Both the position numbers and the translations under genes were made by a program. This document shows positions 19,289 to 24,311 of a DNA stretch of 24,311 bases, one piece after another (the first letter of the stretch is position 1; each line of letters opens with the position of its first letter). The DNA comes from Gemmatimonadaceae bacterium (GTDB lineage: Bacteria; Gemmatimonadota; Gemmatimonadetes; Gemmatimonadales; Gemmatimonadaceae): positions 1 to 24,311 of the forward strand of contig JBBDYA010000075.1 in assembly GCA_040902005.1 (NCBI GenBank), in the 5' to 3' direction. Below the pieces are notes generated by a model. The model saw nothing but the letters and a program-made list of their open reading frames with translations. It made no database searches and was not told where the DNA came from.

Positions 19289-20734
19289 TCACTGCGCGTA
19301 CTTCGCCCCGAGCGCGGCGAGCCCCTGCTCGATCTCCTGGCCGGACACCCACCGTCCGCCCACCATGACGCCGGCGCGGCGCGTGAGATTGTCCACGGAG
19401 GCGAGCGGGTTCGCGTCGAGCAGCACGAGATCCGCGCGATTGCCGACCGCCACGGTGCCAAAGCGGCCGTCCTGCCCGAGCACCTGCGACGCATAGCGCG
19501 CCACGTTGCGCGAGCCGGACTCGAAGATCTGGAAGGGCGTGAGTCCGGATTCGGACAGGATGCCCAGCTCGCGATGCAGCGCGAACCCGGGCACCATGAA
19601 CAGCTGCGGCGAGTCCGTGCCCATGAGCAGCGGAGCGCCGGCGTCGGCCACGGCCTTGAGCGCCTGACGGCGGAGTGCCACGTAGCGTGCCGCCACGTTC
19701 GGAGTGATGCCTGCGTTGCGGTGCTGGCGGATCATGTTGCCCTTCTGCGTGACGTAGTTCGCCACCGTCGCGCGCGCGGCGTATTGCAGTTCCGCGCGCT
19801 GCGCCATCTGCTCCGGGGTCTCTGACTGGCTGTACAGGTTCTCCCACACGAGCATCGTGGGCACGCTCCACACGCCGGCGTCCTTCATCGCGTTGGCGAT
19901 CGCGCCGAATTTCGTCGGATCCACCGCGGCGACGAAGTCCGCGAAGGGCACGGCGTTGGGGGTGGCCAGCCTGGCGAAGATGCTGTCGGGCGTGGAGGCC
20001 TCGAGCATGCCGTCCAGGTGATCCACACCGGACTGGCGTGACGCCATCGCATGGCGCAGGCCCACGGCGGCGGGCACGTGACCCGCCCAGGTGAGCCCGA
20101 CCTCGTTGGCCGTCCGGACGATGGCGTCGTAGGTAGGACGCGACAGCCCCGGATGGATCTTGAGGAAATCGTAACCTGCCGCCTTGTGCGCGCGCACGAG
20201 GATCGCCGCGCTGTCCGGAGTGGGCGCCGAGTTGCCGTTGAGCGACGGCGCGCTGACGTACATCGTGGGGCCCAGGATGGTTCCGCGGCGCAGCTGCTCG
20301 CGCAGGGGCAGCTGGTTCGGCTGGCCCAGCATCGCGCGGATGGACGTGATGCCGTTCGCGACGTAGAGAAACATGATGTCGCGGTTGAGCTGCTCGTGAT
20401 TGGGATTCTGCCCGCCCACCACGTGGGCGTGCATCTCCGCGAGCCCGGGCATCAGGTACTTGCCGCGGCCGTCGATGCGCGTGGCGCCGTCGGGCACCGT
20501 GGTCGACGCCGTGGGGCCGATGGCCACGATGCGGTCGCCGCGCACCAAAACGGTCTGTCGCTCGAGCAGCCGGTCGCGGTCCATGGGAACGACAGAGACG
20601 TCCACGAATGCCGAGACGCTCTGTGCGGCCGCGACGGCGGGCGACGCGATCAACAGGGCGGCCGCCAGCAGGCGGCGCGCGGGGGATGCGAGGTGGCGGG
20701 GGGTCATGGGTACGGTCCGGGTGGGAAGCGACAT
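19289..20734 (-). CDS. Secreted amidohydrolase-family protein (imidazolonepropionase-like, Amidohydro_1)
   Basis: Signal peptide ending AVAAA-Q. GKYLMPGLAEMHAH, GTDSP, RADLVLLDANPL. Alternative start at 20707. Confidence 0.88.
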   Translation of the reverse strand: MSLPTRTVPMTPRHLASPARRLLAAALLIASPAVAAAQSVSAFVDVSVVPMDRDRLLERQTVLVRGDRIVAIGPTASTTVPDGATRIDGRGKYLMPGLAEMHAHVVGGQNPNHEQLNRDIMFLYVANGITSIRAMLGQPNQLPLREQLRRGTILGPTMYVSAPSLNGNSAPTPDSAAILVRAHKAAGYDFLKIHPGLSRPTYDAIVRTANEVGLTWAGHVPAAVGLRHAMASRQSGVDHLDGMLEASTPDSIFARLATPNAVPFADFVAAVDPTKFGAIANAMKDAGVWSVPTMLVWENLYSQSETPEQMAQRAELQYAARATVANYVTQKGNMIRQHRNAGITPNVAARYVALRRQALKAVADAGAPLLMGTDSPQLFMVPGFALHRELGILSESGLTPFQIFESGSRNVARYASQVLGQDGRFGTVAVGNRADLVLLDANPLASVDNLTRRAGVMVGGRWVSGQEIEQGLAALGAKYAQ

Positions 20735-20852
20735 TCCTCTTCGTATCCTACGTCCGTGGCGCGCCTCGCGCTGGGGGGTTGGGTGGGGAGGGGGCGGGTG
20801 GAGGGCCGCCGGGCATCTGGTGTTCGCGCGGGCGGCGCGCGAAGTTCAGCCG

Positions 20853-23800
20853 ATGCCCAGTAAATCGATCGCCTTCTGCGCGCTCCTGCTCGTACCGTGC
20901 TCCGCTTTGCCGGCGCAGGACGCCGACCTCCTCATCACCGGCGCCCGCGTGTGGACGGCGGATTCCACGGTGCCCGGCGCCCAGGCGCTGGCCATCCGCG
21001 GCGACCGGATCATCGCGGTGGGAACCGACGCCGAGATGGAGCGGTATCGCGGCGCGGCGACGCGGGTGATCCCCGCGCGCGGCCGGTTCGTGGCTCCCGC
21101 GTTCATCGACAATCACACGCACTTTGGCCAGGCGGCGGCGCTGATCGTGGGGGTGAACCTGCTGGACGTGTCCAGCGAGGCGGCGCTGCGCCGCAAGGTG
21201 GTGGAGGCCCGCGACCGGCTGCCGGCGGGCGCGTGGCTGGTGGGGGGTGAGTGGGGCGCGTACGCGCTCACGTCGCCCTTCGTGCCGCATCGCGCGATGA
21301 TCGACGCGGTCACGCCGACCACGCCGGTGCTGCTCTCGAAGTGGGACCGCTCGCAGCACCTGGTGAACGCGCGCGCGATCGCGCTCACGGGGCTGGACTG
21401 CTCGTGGGACGGCGTAACGTGCGTGCGCGGCGCGCCCACGGGGATCATCACGGGAGCCGCGGTCGCGCGCGTGCGGGCGGCGATTCCCGTCAAGGCGCTG
21501 TCGCAGCGCCTCACCGAAGCGCGCGCGGCGCTGGCGTCGCTCGCGTCCTTCGGCGTGGGCACCATCCACGACAACACGTCGCCCGAGCAGATGGAGGTGT
21601 TCCAGGAACTCAAGCGCCGCGGCGAGCTCACCACGCGCGTGTACGCTCGGCCCACGCTGGACAAATGGGAGGCGCTGCGCGCGGCCGGCATCGGCCACGG
21701 GTTCGGCGACGACTGGCTGAAGATCGGCGGGCTGAAGGGATTCGTGGACGGCATCATGGGCAACTCGAGCGCGCGGTTCTACGAGCCGTACGTCCACTCC
21801 GGACAGCTGGGCAGCTGGCGCACGATGATGGAGCCGGCGGGGAACATGCAGCGGCTGATTTTCGGCGCGGACTCCGCCGGCCACTGGCCGCAGATCCACG
21901 CGATCGGCGACCACGGCATCGACACGCTGCTCACGATGTATGAAACCGTGATGCGCGCGAATCCCGCGCGGGAGCGGCGCTGGCGCGTGATCCATACGCA
22001 GGTGATGCGCGGGCCTGAGGTGGCCGCGCGCATGGCGCGCCTGGGACTGATCGCGGAGGTGCAGCCGTACCACGCCATCGACGACCTGCGCTGGATGGAG
22101 GACCGCATCGGCGGCCGAGCGCGCTGGGCGTACGCCTTCAAGACGCTGCAGAACGCCGGCGTGCTGCTCTCGTTCGGCAGCGACTGGCCGGGAACGAACG
22201 CGTCGTGGTATCCCGCGGAGCCGCTGCTGGGGATTTACGCCGCGGTGACTCGGCAGACGCTCGACGGCACGCCGGCCGGCGGATGGTTCCCCGAGGAGCG
22301 CGTGGACGTGGAGACCGCGCTGCGGGCGTACACCGTGAACAACGCCTGGGCCGCGGGTGAGGAAAACCTCAATGGGCGCATCGCGCCCGGGCTGCTCGCG
22401 GACGTGGTGATCATCGATCGCAGCCCCTTCGACGTGCCCCCCGCGGACATCAGGAACCTGAAGGTGCTCACCACGATCGTGGGCGGGCGCGTGGTGCACG
22501 ACGTGCCGCCGCCGGCGGTGGAGTCCACCACGGGCATGGTGATCTGCGCGTCGGACATTGCCTGCGACGTGGGCGCGCAGATGCTTGCGAAGGGCGGCAA
22601 CGCCGTGGACGCCGCGGTCGCGACCGCGTTCGCGATGGCGGTGACCTACCCGGCTGCGGGCAACCTTGGCGGCGGCGGCTTCATGCTGGTGAAGTCTGGC
22701 GCCAGTGTGGGCGCGTTCGATTTTCGCGAACGGGCGCCGCTCGCCTCCACGCCCACGATGTACCTCGACAGTGCCGGCAACATCGACCGCCGGCTCACCG
22801 CGACGGGCTATCTCGCACCGGGGGTGCCGGGCACCGTGCGCGGGTTGGCGCTGGCGCACAAGGCGCACGGACGGCTGCCCTGGGCGGACGTCGTGACGCC
22901 GGCCGCGCAGCTCGCCGCCCGCGGATTTCCCCTCAGCACCACGCTGGCCCGGTCGATCAGCCGCGAGGTGTCGCGCAACATGCAGCCCTACGCCGCGTCG
23001 GTGACGGCCTACGGCAAGCCCGGTGGCGGCGACTGGCTTCCCGGCGACACGCTGCGTCTCCCGGACCTCGCGCGCACGCTCGAGGCGATCGCGGCCGGCG
23101 GGGCGGACGCGTTCTACACCGGCTGGATCGCGGACAGCATCGCCGCCGACATGCGCCGGAACGGCGGCCTGATCACCACCCGCGACCTGTCCGAGTACGC
23201 CGCGAAGCAGCGACAGCCCGTGACCGGCACGTACCGGGGGTACACGGTGCACTCCATGCCGCCGCCCAGCTCGGGAGGCGTGGCGCTCGTGGAGATGCTG
23301 AACATGCTCGAAGGGCGTAATCTCCGCGCCCACGACCGCTGGTCCCCGCGCACGCTGCATCTCACCACCGAGGCGATGCGCCGAGCGTTTCACGACCGGG
23401 CGCGCCATCTCGGCGACCCGGATTTCGTGAGCGTGCCGGTGGGTGAGCTGACGTCCAGGAGTTATGCCGCGCGCATGGCGCGAACGATCGACACGACGCA
23501 GGCGACGAACAGCCTGGCGATGACGCCCGGGCTGGTCATGGCAGCCGACGGCGAGAGCGAGGAGACGACGCACATCTCGGTCGCGGACCGCGACGGCATG
23601 GCGGTGTCGCTCACCTACACGCTCGAGGGAGGCTACGGCTCGCACGTCGTGGCGTCGGGCACCGGTGTGCTGCTGAATAACGAAATGGGCGACTTCAACA
23701 AGAAGCCCGGCTACACCAGCGACCAGGGCGACATCGGCACGCCGGCAAACCTCATCGCGCCCGGCAAGCGGATGCTCAGCTCGATGACACCCACCATCGT

Positions 23801-24146
23801 GACGCGGAACGGCCAGCTGGTGCTGGCCACGGGCTCACCGGGCGGACGCTCGATCATCAATACGGTGTTCAGCGTGGTGCTCAACGTGCTCGAGTACGAC
23901 ATGGACGTGCGCGATGCGGTGGTCGCGCCGCGCCACAATCACCAGTGGCTGCCGGACGTCGCGGTGTTCGAGGAGGGATCGATTCCGGACTCCACCGTCG
24001 CGCGCCTCCAGGCGATGGGGCACGAGGTGCGCGTGCGCGGCGGGCAGGGGGATGCGCACAGCATTTTCTTCGACGCGACGCGGCGGGTGTTTCGGGGCGC
24101 GAACGATCTGCGTAGCGCGGATTCAAAGGTGGCTCTTCCGGATTAG
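20853..24146 (+). CDS. ggt: Secreted fusion: YtcJ-like amidohydrolase (Amidohydro_3) + gamma-glutamyltransferase
   Basis: Signal peptide MPSKSIAFCALLLVPCSALPA-Q. N-terminal domain has FIDNHTH, HAIGD, GSDWP, GLLAD. From ~22530 the GGT domain has GGNAVDAAVA, GNLGGGGF, DFRERAP, E-TTHIS (nucleophile Thr codon 23565), NNEMGDF, RMLSSMTP, GSPGG. One continuous frame of 1097 aa. Confidence 0.9.
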   Translation: MPSKSIAFCALLLVPCSALPAQDADLLITGARVWTADSTVPGAQALAIRGDRIIAVGTDAEMERYRGAATRVIPARGRFVAPAFIDNHTHFGQAAALIVGVNLLDVSSEAALRRKVVEARDRLPAGAWLVGGEWGAYALTSPFVPHRAMIDAVTPTTPVLLSKWDRSQHLVNARAIALTGLDCSWDGVTCVRGAPTGIITGAAVARVRAAIPVKALSQRLTEARAALASLASFGVGTIHDNTSPEQMEVFQELKRRGELTTRVYARPTLDKWEALRAAGIGHGFGDDWLKIGGLKGFVDGIMGNSSARFYEPYVHSGQLGSWRTMMEPAGNMQRLIFGADSAGHWPQIHAIGDHGIDTLLTMYETVMRANPARERRWRVIHTQVMRGPEVAARMARLGLIAEVQPYHAIDDLRWMEDRIGGRARWAYAFKTLQNAGVLLSFGSDWPGTNASWYPAEPLLGIYAAVTRQTLDGTPAGGWFPEERVDVETALRAYTVNNAWAAGEENLNGRIAPGLLADVVIIDRSPFDVPPADIRNLKVLTTIVGGRVVHDVPPPAVESTTGMVICASDIACDVGAQMLAKGGNAVDAAVATAFAMAVTYPAAGNLGGGGFMLVKSGASVGAFDFRERAPLASTPTMYLDSAGNIDRRLTATGYLAPGVPGTVRGLALAHKAHGRLPWADVVTPAAQLAARGFPLSTTLARSISREVSRNMQPYAASVTAYGKPGGGDWLPGDTLRLPDLARTLEAIAAGGADAFYTGWIADSIAADMRRNGGLITTRDLSEYAAKQRQPVTGTYRGYTVHSMPPPSSGGVALVEMLNMLEGRNLRAHDRWSPRTLHLTTEAMRRAFHDRARHLGDPDFVSVPVGELTSRSYAARMARTIDTTQATNSLAMTPGLVMAADGESEETTHISVADRDGMAVSLTYTLEGGYGSHVVASGTGVLLNNEMGDFNKKPGYTSDQGDIGTPANLIAPGKRMLSSMTPTIVTRNGQLVLATGSPGGRSIINTVFSVVLNVLEYDMDVRDAVVAPRHNHQWLPDVAVFEEGSIPDSTVARLQAMGHEVRVRGGQGDAHSIFFDATRRVFRGANDLRSADSKVALPD

Positions 24147-24154
24147 CTCTCGGC

Positions 24155-24307
24155 GGTAGTTCTAGTCGTTCTCGGCCCGCGGCCTTCGGCCGCGGTAGGT
24201 TCTCGGCGCGCCTTCGGCGCGGTCGGCCTGCAACTGCACACCGAAACCCGATGGGTGTGCAGGCTTACCGGCGCGCGAAGCGCGACGCCGAGAACCCACC
24301 GCGGCCG
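24155..24307. repeat. REP/REPIN-like palindromic hairpin cluster (GTRG type), probably continuing past the window
   Basis: 24187-24208 vs 24286-24307 form an inverted match of 21/22. Units begin GTAG/GTGG-GTTCTCGGC and are followed by GC hairpins with TTC (or antisense GAA) loops at 24177-24195, 24207-24221 and 24272-24284. Inner stem CTGCACACC/GGTGTGCAG. Confidence 0.7.
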
Positions 24308-24311
24308 CGTC

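Noticed and set aside
20400..20852. N-terminal extension of the 1248-aa ORF
   Set aside because: Overlaps the divergent amidohydrolase. The signal peptide places the start at ATG 20853.
20748..23645. 965-aa minus-strand ORF
   Set aside because: Antisense shadow of the amidohydrolase-GGT fusion.

Overview
GC-rich, gene-dense bacterial window. Gene content and protein style suggest Gemmatimonadota, which is an inference only. Left to right it holds: a secreted VPS10/BNR-repeat beta-propeller protein (minus strand, running off the left edge, absent from the ORF track); a Zn-ribbon hypothetical protein; an ECF sigma / anti-sigma / two secreted HEAT-repeat protein operon with a candidate autoregulatory ECF promoter; DASS and APC transporters; a minus-strand run of VOC/PhnB, TerC, Pro-rich lipoprotein, ATL and galK; a stand-alone retropepsin-like protease; sahR-ahcY with a perfect palindromic operator; an NlpC/P60 lipoprotein; a secreted amidohydrolase; and an in-frame YtcJ-like amidohydrolase::gamma-glutamyltransferase fusion. 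The most striking unannotated signal is two related ~178-bp fold-back elements (3223-3401 and 15852-16028). Each has ~70-bp inverted arms, IS5-like GGAnGCTCTG termini, CTAG or CTAG-like flanks and a 34-36-nt variable centre. Substitutions between the copies are mirrored in both arms. A GTRG-type REP/REPIN-like hairpin cluster lies at the right edge. No rRNA, tRNA, CRISPR array or transposase was seen.
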